NCBI GenBank assembly: GCA_008632985.1
Contig: QPGO01000032.1
Location: 555,330-619,329, forward strand
Length of the DNA stretch: 64,000 bases
Direction: 5' to 3'
Source: Psammoneis japonica
Lineage: Eukaryota
Shown here piece by piece: positions 1 through 11,399 of this stretch (position 1 is the stretch's first letter; the number at the start of each line of letters is the position of its first letter). Position numbers and translations under genes: made by a program. Under the pieces are notes generated by a model, which was given only the letters and a program-made list of their open reading frames with translations, was not told the origin of the DNA and did not search any database.

Positions 1-555
1 CTCGTCTCCCGTCGCTATCATCATCTTGAATCTCTCGTCGCTATGACATGCGTCGCAGGTCGCAGCCCGCAGCCAACAGCGCGGGCAGCCATTTCCGTCC
101 GTCCGCAATTCCAGCGACCCGCGTTCCATCCGCCGCGCCATGCACACTCGCTCTTCACAATAGAGCTAAAAGAAAAAAAATAGAAATGGACCACTCTACG
201 CTAGTTGGCAATAAGATCAAGATAACTATTGTACGATGGATCAGGGAAGCCCGTTTCGCTCTTTCAAAGGAAGAGAGGGGAGTGCTTTGGCGGCAAAACC
301 AAATCTCTCGGGCTACAGCAGAGCGGGAAAAAATCCGTCAAGGACCAAGATCAAAGAATGAGCTTCTGTAGCCTCAACACGAATGTTGTGCAAAGATAAT
401 GGGTCTTACAGTGATTTACCCTACACGCGGGGAATCTAAATGGATGGCGTGTGCAGTTCGTTCATGCGCTACTCTGGACGTAGCTTCGATTTCATTCTAC
501 AACATCAGAACGCTTTGAGTACTGTAGCTTGAATGAATCGGCTTTCTATGTCTTA

Positions 556-3500
556 TCATCGAACACCCCTCCTCGTTTGAGTAGAAATCACATCTGCGCC
601 TCTTGCTGCAACATTGGAAAGTCCCTTGGCAGCTGCCTTTACAATCTCCTCCGAGGAGTCGCCGTTCCCTTCGTTCTCCAGCTCTCCTAAAGTGGTCTCA
701 ATGTTGCTGCTAGCAGTCTTTAAAAGTGTCGAAGCGAACTTCGACAACAGTAGAAGAAACACAAAGTTGAGGGACATGGACCAAGAAGAAGTACAAGGAC
801 TTGAAATGAAACCTGTTGACGATACGTAATGCAGAAATCAACGCAAAAACATACCTTTCCGCCAAGTTGCCCTACCAGAGGAGCGTACCTCGGGAGATTC
901 TCTCTTAGCTCCTTCGCTATGAGCGCCGCTTGCTCAGGTTGAATATCTCCAATGGTGTCAATGATTTCTTCTGCCGGTCTCACAGGACTGTCGCCATCAA
1001 GGGCAGTAGGCGGCACTTGCAAACTGGTCTGAGGAATTGCGCTTGTGATCTTTCCGACCAATTTTTGTGCCTTTTCTTCTTCCACAGTCTTTTTCAAGAA
1101 GGGTTTGACAACTGCTTCAATTTGTGTTGTGGGAACTAAAATGGACCCAATGCCCAAAGGTAGAGCTTCTCGGATTCGTTTAGGTGTGTCAACCAATCCA
1201 TCGCGAAGTACGTCCTTTACTTCTGCAGATGCTGCCAACGCTCCTTCACTCACAATCAAGTTTTGCACAAGATTTCCGTCAGGTGCGAGTAAAATGTCGG
1301 CAGAATCTTTGGCCAAAGTAATTGCGGCCTCTGCTTCAACTAGGTTTGTTTCTGCTTTATCTGATCCATTTGGTGCTGGCGTCTTTGCACTACCGTTCAC
1401 GGGCGCAGCATCTTTCTGGGCTTCCAACGCGTTTGTAGCCTGCTGGTTGATTGACTTTGTCGTTGTCGTGTACGTAGTGAAGCCGTCGGCAAGATCGGAA
1501 AGCCTATGAAATAAAATAACAGACGTTGAGAAGATGCAAACAGAAAAAAATACCTGCAAGTGAGGAGTGAATCAAAAATCTTGTCGGTAGAACGTACCTT
1601 TCAACGTCAATTGCGTCGCCAGCACCGTACAGCAAGTCTTTGAGCGCCTTTTGTGCACGAGGCGAGTCGTCTCCCACCAAGCGACGCGCAACGTAGGGAA
1701 AGCAACTCTGAATAATGGAATAATTCTCGTCTGCTTGTAAACTGACGCCCTCCAACGTAAGGAACGCACGTGACGTGTAAAGGAACCATTCCGGGATTGT
1801 AAACGCATCCCGGTTCCGACGCTGCAACTCTTCCACCTCCATCGTGATGCCGCTGACGGCACTCTCCTTCTTCCGCGCCTCCTCAATTTTCTGCTTCATA
1901 TCGGCCCGCATCTGCACTCGCAGTTCTTCTTCCGACAAGCCAGGATACTGCTCCCGGAATTCTGCAAAGATGCGATCTCTAGTTTTCTCTGCGCCACCGC
2001 CCTTGCCAGCCTGTTGCAGCATATACGTCAGCGGTTCCAGAAAGCCAGATGCACGCACCGTATCAAGACGCTCACGTTTGAGGAAACCAAGCTTCACAAG
2101 ATCTTCTGGAACTTCATTGTATGCCTCGCTAGTCAGGTGGGCAACAAACTCCAACAGCGAGTACTGCAAGGTAGGATCTGTGTCTAGCGTCATGCCGAAG
2201 TCCAAAATGCAAAGCCTTCCATCGTCCGTACGCAGGAGATTTCCAGGGTGTGGATCACAATGCAAGGATTGCAATTCCAGTAACATGACCAAGTAAGCAT
2301 TGAGCGCAACACTGCATAATCGAGGCACGTCGTCTGCATCACTCTGGTCCAACCTCTTTCCGTGTACCCATTCGGTTGTCAAGATACGGTCGGTACTAAA
2401 TTCTTGAACAACAGTAGGTGCAGTCACGGCGTTCATGCCTCGCGCCTTCATTTCCTCATTAAACTTCATCGTGTTGGCAGCTTCCTGCGTGTATGCCAAC
2501 TCCGCGATAAATCCTCTTCCCCATTCTTGAGCAAGACCTTGAAAGTCGGTCGCAGATCGCGTTAGTCTCTGATAGAAGGGGGCAAACTCTCGAACAAGGT
2601 ACAAATCGAGCGCAATCTCGGCTAGACCATTCGGTCGCTGAACCTTGACTGCAACCTCCGTGTCTCCCAGAAATCCCCGGTAGACTTGTCCAATGGATGC
2701 GGATGCGACGGGACCATTTGCAAAATCCAAATCACGCAACTGACCAGCCTTTGTGACTCCGAGTTCTTCCCGTAGCATTTCCTTGGCGCGTGCCCCCGAA
2801 AAGGGAGGTACTCGGTCTTGCAATGTGGAAAGGACCGTGGCGTATTCTTCTGGGATTAAATCCGGTCGTACCGACAGGGCTTGTCCCACCTTGATTGCCG
2901 TGGGTCCTGCCTTGTTGATGAGTTCGAGCAACTCTTGTGCACGCTGAGAACGCTGTTCATCTTCATTTCGGAACACATACTTGTCAAGTAGGAGATTGAA
3001 AATGAACTTGTTGCTAACTCGCAAAAGTTGTAGTGACCGCTGCAATACCAATAGCGGGTGCTTTACATAGTAGGCTCTAGCCATGAGTGGATCATACTGC
3101 CCACGAGGATACGGCTCAAATCCCTCTCGAAAGTCTTCATCTGGAAACGACAGATTGTACAAGGTGACGAATAGTAGTGCCAAAGCTGGAAGCGCAATGG
3201 ATGTTGCTTGAAGCCACAAGGGCAAAGCTGCAAACGCGGTCACGGCCGACTGCATGATTGATTCAGCCTTTGATAGTTCCGTCACCACCTCTGTTTCGAT
3301 TTCACTCACTGCACCACTCGTTGAAAAATCCATGTTTTGTAAATACCTTGCGTCTTGTGAAAGTGTGTTTCCAATGTTGGAGACGGCTTTTGCAGCATTG
3401 TCCGTGTCCCATAAAAATGATGCTTTCGAAAAGTCAATGCTTTGTGAATCTAAAAGCGACGATACGTCATTTGCAAGAGTGTTTCCAATGTTTGTCACTG

Positions 3501-3639
3501 TGTTTGCTACGGGTCCAAATGCCAAAGCGGTGTTTCTTCGGCTGTTACCATTCAGCATTGCCGCAAGCACAAAAAGTGGCCAGCGCACACTGCCGCTTGC
3601 TTGGTCACTGCATCGTTTCCGATTTCTGTTTGTTGGCAT
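556..3639 (-). CDS. ABC1/UbiB-family atypical protein kinase, probably plastid-targeted; 3 exons (3639-1598, 1503-855, 738-556)
   Basis: ABC1 motifs GPTAIKVGQALSVRPD, LQDRVPPF, PVASASIGQVY, VAVKVQRP, HCDPHPGN and LDFGM. GT-AG introns at 1597-1504 and 854-739 join the ORFs in frame. The start codon is uncertain. Confidence 0.92.
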
Positions 3640-3833
3640 CTCTTCGAAAACGATGCTGCTGAGTCGGTGGTGCAACGGACGAGAAGCCGCCTCCAGCATC
3701 CCAAATGCAAGCTCGTCGTTGTTGTTGCTTTAGCCCTAAATGTACAGAATATTTTAGTTCAGCCTGTTGTATGATTGCAGAGTGCAGAGCGATGACGTGG
3801 CGTTTTTGCGCCATTTTAGGTCGTGATCCGCGA
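3586..3833. repeat. ~245-bp duplicated promoter/5' leader, copy 1 (copy 2 at 7510-7754)
   Basis: cacactgccgcttgcttg...ggtcgtgatccgcga occurs at both sites, translating as MPTNRNRKRCSDQASGSV and MPTNRYRKRCSEQASGSV. Confidence 0.9.
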
Positions 3834-4026
3834 CCGCATCGCCGTTAGTTAATTTCCGGGCAACGTATCCCCCCGTATTTTCAATTTGTGGGGTTCCACG
3901 ACGAAAATTTGATGATGGCTTCTCATTTTTTTCCCGCGACCCCATAGAACACAAAGTTGCAAACACGATCATCAATCAACTTCGATATTCTCATGTGCAC
4001 ATGAACTGAAACTCTTTGATACCATC

Positions 4027-6573
4027 ATGAATGATTCAATCACTCGGTCCAAAGAACGCCAAAAAAAGCTTAATCAGTTGCATGACGCAGACTCTGAAGA
4101 AGGCAGAGCGCAGGAGCTCACATCGTCCAAGGTGGGAAACGTTGCCTCGCGAGTAGCCGCGTTCGAAGCAGCATTTGGAAGTCCCCACATAGTGAGCGAA
4201 CGACGACGATATGGAACGAAAACCAAACCGCCAAACAAGCGCGATACAACAGGGCCAGAACCGGTCAAATGGCCCGACGCGGTTGAAGAAAGGCCTGCGT
4301 CATCATTGTCTGGTGCTCTGGAAACGAAAGAAGCCAAACAACGCGGCGAAAACAAACAGACTTCAGTCGCGGTAGACTCTATGGGTTTTGTAATCCAACA
4401 AAAGTATGAAACCAAAGAGCTTCCTGATCCAGTTGCACCTGCTGATGAATTTGACCAGTTTTGGGAACTAAACGAACAGCTTCCAGCTTCAGATACGCCT
4501 GCAAAGGAGTCTCCTCAGAGCGAAAGCTTTGATGGTAATATCTCAACAGATGTAGAAGCTCCTCCAGCTGGGGTGCAGCAAGCGTCTTGGGAAACTTTTA
4601 CCCCCGTTTCGCCGCAGGAAAGCGTTCGTCCAGGTGCCTTTCGCATCATAGGAGCTCATCACGGAGAAGGCGACGATACCACTGGATCTTACAGCCTCAC
4701 GCAGCAACCGGAGCAATCGACACCGCACTCCGAGACCTTACTTAGTGCTCAACTTGTGGAAGAAGAATCCACGGGAATGGTTGTTGCGGGACGACCCGTG
4801 AATGCCTGTACAAACAAGTGCAGTCGACGAAATGTGGTCTTGCTTGTACTTGCGGCTCTGGCGGTGCTCGCGGGTCTCGCTGCAGGACTCGTTGTGGCTC
4901 TGACTCGTGAGGAATCCAAACCTTTAGATATTCATGTTGACCCTACTCCACCGCCGAGTCCCACTCCATCTCCTACGCGAGAGTTTCTGGCGAGGAATGA
5001 AACGCTCACGGGGTTGTCCTTTTCCTTTGACAGTATGCAGCCCATGACGGCCGAATCAATTTCGATTTGGGAGCGGGTTTCGTCGGAATATTTTGTGGAA
5101 TCGTACGATACTGGCATTAGTGTTGGTATCTCGAATGTTACGTCCTTGTATATCTATCAGAATCAAGTTCCACAAAGTCAACCTCTCCGCCAGGCACAGG
5201 CTACGGAGGAGCTTACGGTGTTTTGTCATCAAGTGGTCACCTACAGAGATCATTTGTCTGGGTTGACTCCGAACGAGGTAGCGGCTCTTCCTTTCCAAAC
5301 GCAAAGGCGACAAGCTGCTTATGTAGAGAAACTGCGAGAGACGGGCGGCGTGGCGTTTGCCAATCTGGAATCTGTGTCATTGACACAAACAGGCGTTACA
5401 CCCCTCTCGGGTGTTTGGACACAGCTGGGCCAAGACATTATGGGAAAGTCCAATGGCGATAAATTTGGTGAATCCATTGCTCTATCAAATGACGGTGCTG
5501 TCTTAGCAGTGGGTGCTCCACAGTACAATATGCAGGAAACCCCTGGCTATGTGCGAGCATATCGGTTGGACGGAACGAAATGGACGCGGCTTGGTCAGAC
5601 GCTCACTGGAGAGAATGCAATTGACGAATTCGGTGAGTTAGTATTTGGTACGGCAAGTTTTGGTGCTTCGGTATCCTTGTCAGCCAATGGAACTATCCTG
5701 GCGGTAGGTGCACCGTGGGGTGAATCCAATGGAACTGCATCTGTGTTTCAGTTGGATGGAACGGGTTGGATTCCGTTGGGGCAGGTAATTCTTGGAAAGG
5801 ATACGTTTCGGTTTGGCCATTCGGTCTCCTTGTCTTTAGATGGACGAATCTTGGCCGTTGGTGCCGACAACAATGGTGGTCTGCTGGGTGAAGTGCGCAT
5901 ATTTCTATTCGACGGAACAAAGTGGGTTCAATTGGGCCAGACTCTCGTTGACGATGCTCGACCAACAGGTTCAGATGATAGTGGATTTGGTTTCTCCGTT
6001 GCACTGTCTGCTGAAGGCACCGTCGTGGCTTCTGGTGCCCCCTATGGCACAGGCAAGGTGGACGTATTCAAGTTGGATGGAACGAACTGGAACAAGCTTG
6101 GGCAAACTCTCGTGGGAATTAATGCATGGGAATACTTTGGAGATTCAGTCTCGTTATCTGCTGATGGTACTACCATAGCTGTCGGTGCCCATGACGAAGC
6201 TGATACTGGCTACGTGCAGGTTTTCTCGTTGGATGAGAGGACTTGGGTCAAAGTGGGCCAAACTCTCAACGGCACAAATGATGGAGATGTCTTTGGTGCG
6301 GTTTCTTTGTCGGAAGATGGGAATGTCTTGGTCGTGGGTGCTCCAGGTCATGACGGTAATGGAAGCAATTCTGGCCGTGTGCAGGTGTTTCAATTTCTAT
6401 ATGGAGAGTGGGTGCAAGTGGCAAATGAATTAGATGGCGAGAGCACGGACGATTTTTTTGGCTCCCACCTGGAGCTATCGGGCAATGGCACCATTGTGGC
6501 AGTGGGTTCAAGCCAATGGGGCAAACGTGGAAATTCATCCGGATATGCAAGTGTATACCAGCTGAGGCAGTAG
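4027..6573 (+). CDS. Single-pass membrane protein with a C-terminal FG-GAP/integrin-alpha-like beta-propeller
   Basis: 848-aa ORF. Disordered N-terminus with VRPGAFRI, TM segment VVLLVLAALAVLAGLAAGLVVAL, then ~7 repeats of FG.SVSLS.DG..LAVGAP...W..LGQ. Confidence 0.88.
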   Translation: MNDSITRSKERQKKLNQLHDADSEEGRAQELTSSKVGNVASRVAAFEAAFGSPHIVSERRRYGTKTKPPNKRDTTGPEPVKWPDAVEERPASSLSGALETKEAKQRGENKQTSVAVDSMGFVIQQKYETKELPDPVAPADEFDQFWELNEQLPASDTPAKESPQSESFDGNISTDVEAPPAGVQQASWETFTPVSPQESVRPGAFRIIGAHHGEGDDTTGSYSLTQQPEQSTPHSETLLSAQLVEEESTGMVVAGRPVNACTNKCSRRNVVLLVLAALAVLAGLAAGLVVALTREESKPLDIHVDPTPPPSPTPSPTREFLARNETLTGLSFSFDSMQPMTAESISIWERVSSEYFVESYDTGISVGISNVTSLYIYQNQVPQSQPLRQAQATEELTVFCHQVVTYRDHLSGLTPNEVAALPFQTQRRQAAYVEKLRETGGVAFANLESVSLTQTGVTPLSGVWTQLGQDIMGKSNGDKFGESIALSNDGAVLAVGAPQYNMQETPGYVRAYRLDGTKWTRLGQTLTGENAIDEFGELVFGTASFGASVSLSANGTILAVGAPWGESNGTASVFQLDGTGWIPLGQVILGKDTFRFGHSVSLSLDGRILAVGADNNGGLLGEVRIFLFDGTKWVQLGQTLVDDARPTGSDDSGFGFSVALSAEGTVVASGAPYGTGKVDVFKLDGTNWNKLGQTLVGINAWEYFGDSVSLSADGTTIAVGAHDEADTGYVQVFSLDERTWVKVGQTLNGTNDGDVFGAVSLSEDGNVLVVGAPGHDGNGSNSGRVQVFQFLYGEWVQVANELDGESTDDFFGSHLELSGNGTIVAVGSSQWGKRGNSSGYASVYQLRQ

Positions 6574-6831
6574 AATACTTGGTGATGGTAGTCATCCTGC
6601 TAGTACAAAGACCTTGATAATTTGCCATTCACGAACCGCAAGAACTAACTTGCTCTACTTGAGTGACCCTCGAACTAAACACAATGTTGACAAGTCATGA
6701 AGTCGTTCCAATTTCTATTTTGTAGAAATCAAACATTCTACGTCAGCCAGAGCTATGTCTACTTTTTGTTCTTCTACTGACCCCAACTGTTGCCAGTTGC
6801 CAGCAGTGGCTGATATTCTATGCCCGTTTCG

Positions 6832-7485
6832 TCAGCTGCTAGAGCCACTGATCTGCTCGGTAAGAGCGGCGGCAAGCTCGGCCACGAATCCACCAGCCAC
6901 CAGACAGACCATCCAAAAGCCAATCTGCGACATAACAAAGGAGAAAGTGACTGTCCCCACCTGCTCGCTGGGCACAACGGCACTGCCCGTGTCGGTGGCT
7001 ACCAATTTGGTCAAGCCACCATCTAGTTTGGGACAATTGGTGCGCTCTGACACGAGTACTAAATGTTGACCATACTCAGTATCGATCGGCCCCTCGACAA
7101 TGCCAACGCGAGCCCGGGTAAAGCAGTATTCTTCGAGTTCTGAACTTTTGCAATACCCTTGGGGAACCAATTCTCCAATCAAGCCGCCCCTTTCTCTCGT
7201 CGTATCGTCGCGACTGTACTTTTGGGCCGCCCTCGCAAACACGTCCAGAACAAAATCGTCTTGGCGATGGTTGCGAATCTTTTGTTTGATGGCCAACGAT
7301 AGTTCGTCGCTGTTGGGTGGAAGCAGAATGTGATACATGGTAATGCGTCGCGTCAAGGCCAAGTAGTCCTTTCGGATCTGTTCAATGGGATTGACCCAAG
7401 CTTGGGTTGGGTGCAGAAGGGACGATATTATGAAAAGAGCCAGAAGTGGGCAAAACGAAAAGATTCGACTGTTTCTCAACTTCAT
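6832..7485 (-). CDS. Parvulin/PpiC-type peptidyl-prolyl isomerase with a signal peptide and C-terminal TM helix
   Basis: HILL...FARAAQKYSRDDTTRERGGLIG...GPIDTEYGQHLVLV rotamase pattern. Start at 7485 (MKLRN) or 7563. Confidence 0.85.
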   Translation of the reverse strand: MKLRNSRIFSFCPLLALFIISSLLHPTQAWVNPIEQIRKDYLALTRRITMYHILLPPNSDELSLAIKQKIRNHRQDDFVLDVFARAAQKYSRDDTTRERGGLIGELVPQGYCKSSELEEYCFTRARVGIVEGPIDTEYGQHLVLVSERTNCPKLDGGLTKLVATDTGSAVVPSEQVGTVTFSFVMSQIGFWMVCLVAGGFVAELAAALTEQISGSSS

Positions 7486-7509
7486 CGTTATTTCAGGAAC
7501 GTCCGAGCT

Positions 7510-7754
7510 CACACTGCCGCTTGCTTGTTCACTGCATCGTTTCCGATATCTGTTTGTTGGCATCTCTCAGAAAGCGATGATAGAGAGTCGGCGGTGCAAC
7601 GGACGATCGAGAAGCTACCTCCAGTAGGTATTACTGTATCCCAAAAGCGAGTTGCAAGCTCGTCGTTGTTGTGTTGCTTTACTGAATGAGATGCGCTCTT
7701 GACTCTTGACGTGGCGTTTTCGGTTTTCGCGCATTTTTCGGTCGTGATCCGCGA
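7510..7754. repeat. Duplicated promoter/5' leader, copy 2
   Basis: Direct repeat of 3586-3833. Confidence 0.9.
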
Positions 7755-8986
7755 TCATTGCATGCATACACACGCACGACACGCAAGAACTCTACCTCTT
7801 TTCTCTCTTCTCTCTCAGGTAGAGAGGTAGCTCAACCAGCAAAAGAAGAAAAGGAATGATGAAACCGCACGGTTAAAGTATGGTACAAGATTGGCGGAGG
7901 AAAAGGAATCAAAGAAGCTTGTTCCCCCTCTGCCTTTTCTTCTGTTGGCACAGAGAGCACCAATCGTCATGTAAGTTTTGCTCGTGGCAATTGGCAATTC
8001 CCCTGGCGCCGAGCGCGGCACCAAAGATGTCATCGATTTCCCAAGAATCCAATAGCCAAAAAAGACTGGTACAGGAGCAGCAGCTGCCTCTATTGCACCA
8101 ATGCTCAGAGGAAGCATGATGCCAGAAGCTCGTTCAATTTTCTGCCAATGAATGGAGCTCTCGCGAATAAACCGCAACCTCTTCCCTGGGACAAGGGGAG
8201 GCGACAAGAGACAAGATTATACATATTGTTCTATTTGGCAGAGTGGTGCTGTTTTCAGTACAGAAGAAAAAAAAGTGTCGTAACCCATGGTCGCTGAACG
8301 CGGCAATCAGCAATCACGACTACAATGTGGTTGTGAGCGCTCTGCTCGCGGCTACGTGTGTCATTTGTTTCCAAAGGGGTTCGATGCTCACAGTGCTTTT
8401 CTTGACTATGCCTTTCCAAACAACGTGCCACGTGCCTATTCACCGCGAGAAGTTTCGCAATTCACAACTTTAAAGTATGCGGGCTTTCTTCGGTTCTCTT
8501 CGGAACTTCCAACTGCATGGAATGCCGTAGAGAGCAAAGAAACTGTCGGACTGTCGGGCAAAACTCTCGACGTATCGATCTACGAACTACGTGACATGGA
8601 ATGAAGCGATCAAAGTGAACGGTTACTATGCATCATCCTTGGTTCGCCGTTGAAAAGCTACCTCCAAGTGACGCTAATGTGAAGCCACGTTCAAGTGGCA
8701 CCTAAATGTTTCGACTGGGAAAAAACCAAAAAGTCCGACCACGTTGTTTCAGTTTCACAATCCAATGACAACTTACGGTTCCCCCAACGAAGGTGTGAAT
8801 ACATTATATGAAACATGCAATGCTCAGGGAAGTGTCCTCTTTCTTTTCGACTCTTGAGCCTCCCATTCTTGCCCATTCTCCTCTAGTGCAGATGCTCAAC
8901 ATGCATGCAGAACACGAACATCTCCATGCAGCAGCTCACCAATGTTCTGCAAATGCAACATGCAAATGAATGGTTTATTGGGCCTC

Positions 8987-11100
8987 CTAGTCATCATATA
9001 AGGAATCCTTACTGCTGATCTTGAACTCCGCAATGTCATGGTTGTCGGCTTCATCTAAGGTCGCGCTTGTGAAGCCGACGAACACCTCTCGGCCCTTTGC
9101 GAACATTGAGGACAAATCTGTCCGGGCTTCGAGAATGGGATTGGAGGGCTTCCTTCTATGTTGCCGATGATCGTGGTAGACATACATGGTTGATCCATCG
9201 TAGTCTACCCACAAGCCTCCATGATCTCTGCATGACGTGCGAACTGGACGACTGTAGGTTTTCGGCAAGCTCGACGTTAGTTCCTTCATTGTTGATGACC
9301 TGGACACGAATGTGATTCATACTGTCGTCATGTTCATTTGGGGTATGATCTGAAGAAAGAGAGATCTGAGGTGAGAACATCGTATGGCAGCTGAAGAAGA
9401 TCAACAAGGAAAAAGTTTATTCCATGATGCTTGCATGAATCTAGCTCAACCACGAGTGCAGGTTTAGGTCCACTGTCGTAGACACCAAGATCACCGCCGC
9501 AACCACCAATGGCTGAAGTGCCTGCACTGTCCTGGTGCATGGTGAATGTCATTCCAGAGGCTGACCCATCGTCATCACCACACATGCGGTGCACCATTTT
9601 CATTGAGAAGAAGAAATCGTCCCAATGCATGGTCAGCGGAAGGTGCGCGGCAGATTTTTGTGAATCTCCACGGTCAGGAGTGAGACGCATTGCACAACAA
9701 TTCGGGCAAAGCTTGATCATCTTTGGACACTCAGTGTAACCATCTATATGATGTCCCTCCATTTCCAAAGCATCCGGGACCGCATCACAAGAGCCGTCCC
9801 AATCATGCTCGTAAACTCTCTGGGCCGCACAGGCACCAGGCCACGGTTCCGTGAGCGTCACATCTCCAGTGCACGTGTCGGTTTCACCATGCTCATTCTC
9901 AACAGTGAGAGCAACAGGGGTTGTGCCAATTTGATGTGGACCCCCGGGATTCTGATTTTTCCTTGTGAGAGCAAGACCGCCTTGATCGCATGACCCATTG
10001 TCAATCGACACCCAAATGCGATCACACTTGGGTGGGTTCCTGGCGTCCATGCGCACATTCTTGCAACGCGCTGCAGGTCCACACCCGGGGCAGCGACCTT
10101 CGACGTCCCGGGTGATGGTCACATCTGCAGTGCATGTGCCACTGATGCCGAACCCATCTTGGACCGTGAGAGCAACTCGAGTTGTGCCGATGCGGTACGG
10201 ACCTACAGGATCCTGCCTCTTTGAAGCAAGGTGGTGCCCTTTAGGGTCATGGGATCCGTCATCAACCGCTGCATCAAGGACAAAGCAATCCGGCAAGGTC
10301 TGCGCCGGCTTCTGCACATTCTTGCAACGCGCTGCAGGTCCATCCGTGCTGCATTGATTCTGCCAGTCCTGAGTGATTGTGACATCTGCAGCGCAATGGC
10401 TGCTCTCACCGAACTCATCTGTGATGGCAAGAGTCACACGAGTGGTGCCGATGCAGTGGGGACCCCCCGGGCTCTGACTGATTGAAGCAAGAGGGTGCCC
10501 TTTAGGGTCAAAGGACCCATCGTCAACCGGTGCTTCATGCTGAAAGCAATCTGGTGCGGTCCTCGCCCGCATCTGCACATTCTTGCAACGTGCTGCTGGG
10601 TCGTCGTTCGCACCAGGAATCTTGCAGCAGCCAGACTGGTCTTGGTTGATGATCACTCTTTTGGTGCAGGTGGAGAAAAGACCAACAGCGCTTGTTGCAG
10701 TGAGCCTCACGTAGTGAGTTCCAATTTGACAGGGACCAGGGGGGTCCTGAACTAGAGACACGTGTGTTCCGAGAGGGTCGCAGGTGCCATCATCAATGGA
10801 GACATCTCGTTTGCAGTCGGGAGGGGGGCTTGCTGTTGCCGTCACTTCCTTGCAGATCATTGCCGGCGGAGGTCGCAATGGAGAGAGGGTTTCAGGGGTG
10901 GAGTTGCCCTTGCCCGTGTCTTCATGGCATCAACAGTGGCACTCGCATGCGATTTGTGCAGTTGCGAACAGCAACGGGTCAGCGACAACGAGGTTGTGAA
11001 ATTTGCCGATTGCAGCAACAGTTGGGATGCGGCGCTTCCTCACCTTGAGCATGCGAAGCAAGGACAAGAGGGGCTACAAGGAAGAAATCAAATCGCACGA
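8987..11100 (-). pseudogene. Degraded secreted protein gene: four ~88-aa Cys-containing HYR/Ig-like repeats plus a legume (L-type) lectin domain
   Basis: Repeats PAARCKNV..VDDGS.DP..GP..IGTT.V.L. Lectin motifs TFTMHQD, VVELDS|YHTPNEHDDSMNHI (via intron 9434-9350), WVDYDG and VFVGFTSAT..NHDI. Frameshift near 9230, GC splice donor, Tyr replaced by Cys/His. Confidence 0.75.
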
Positions 11101-11399
11101 GAATCAATCGTAACCACGTCAATGCAATGGCAACTGAACTGTCGTTGTTTTTCTTTTTTTGTGACATGTGAACTCTCTCCCAGCACACTTCGACGACGCC
11201 GGATGCGTGAACCCAAACACACATGTTCAGCAACATTTGTATGCCTCAAATAAATGTGTTTTAGAAGACATCATAAAGTCACAGTCAAGGATGGATCGTT
11301 GTTTAGCGGTCGATTTTATTTGGAGCTCGTAAATGTCTAAAATAACCCGGATTTGTCGCAATGATGCGCGCGTTCGCCAAAAAAAAATCAGCGATGGGT

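Noticed and set aside
7815..8604. Short ORFs upstream of the parvulin gene
   Set aside because: No recognisable motifs and interrupted by stops.
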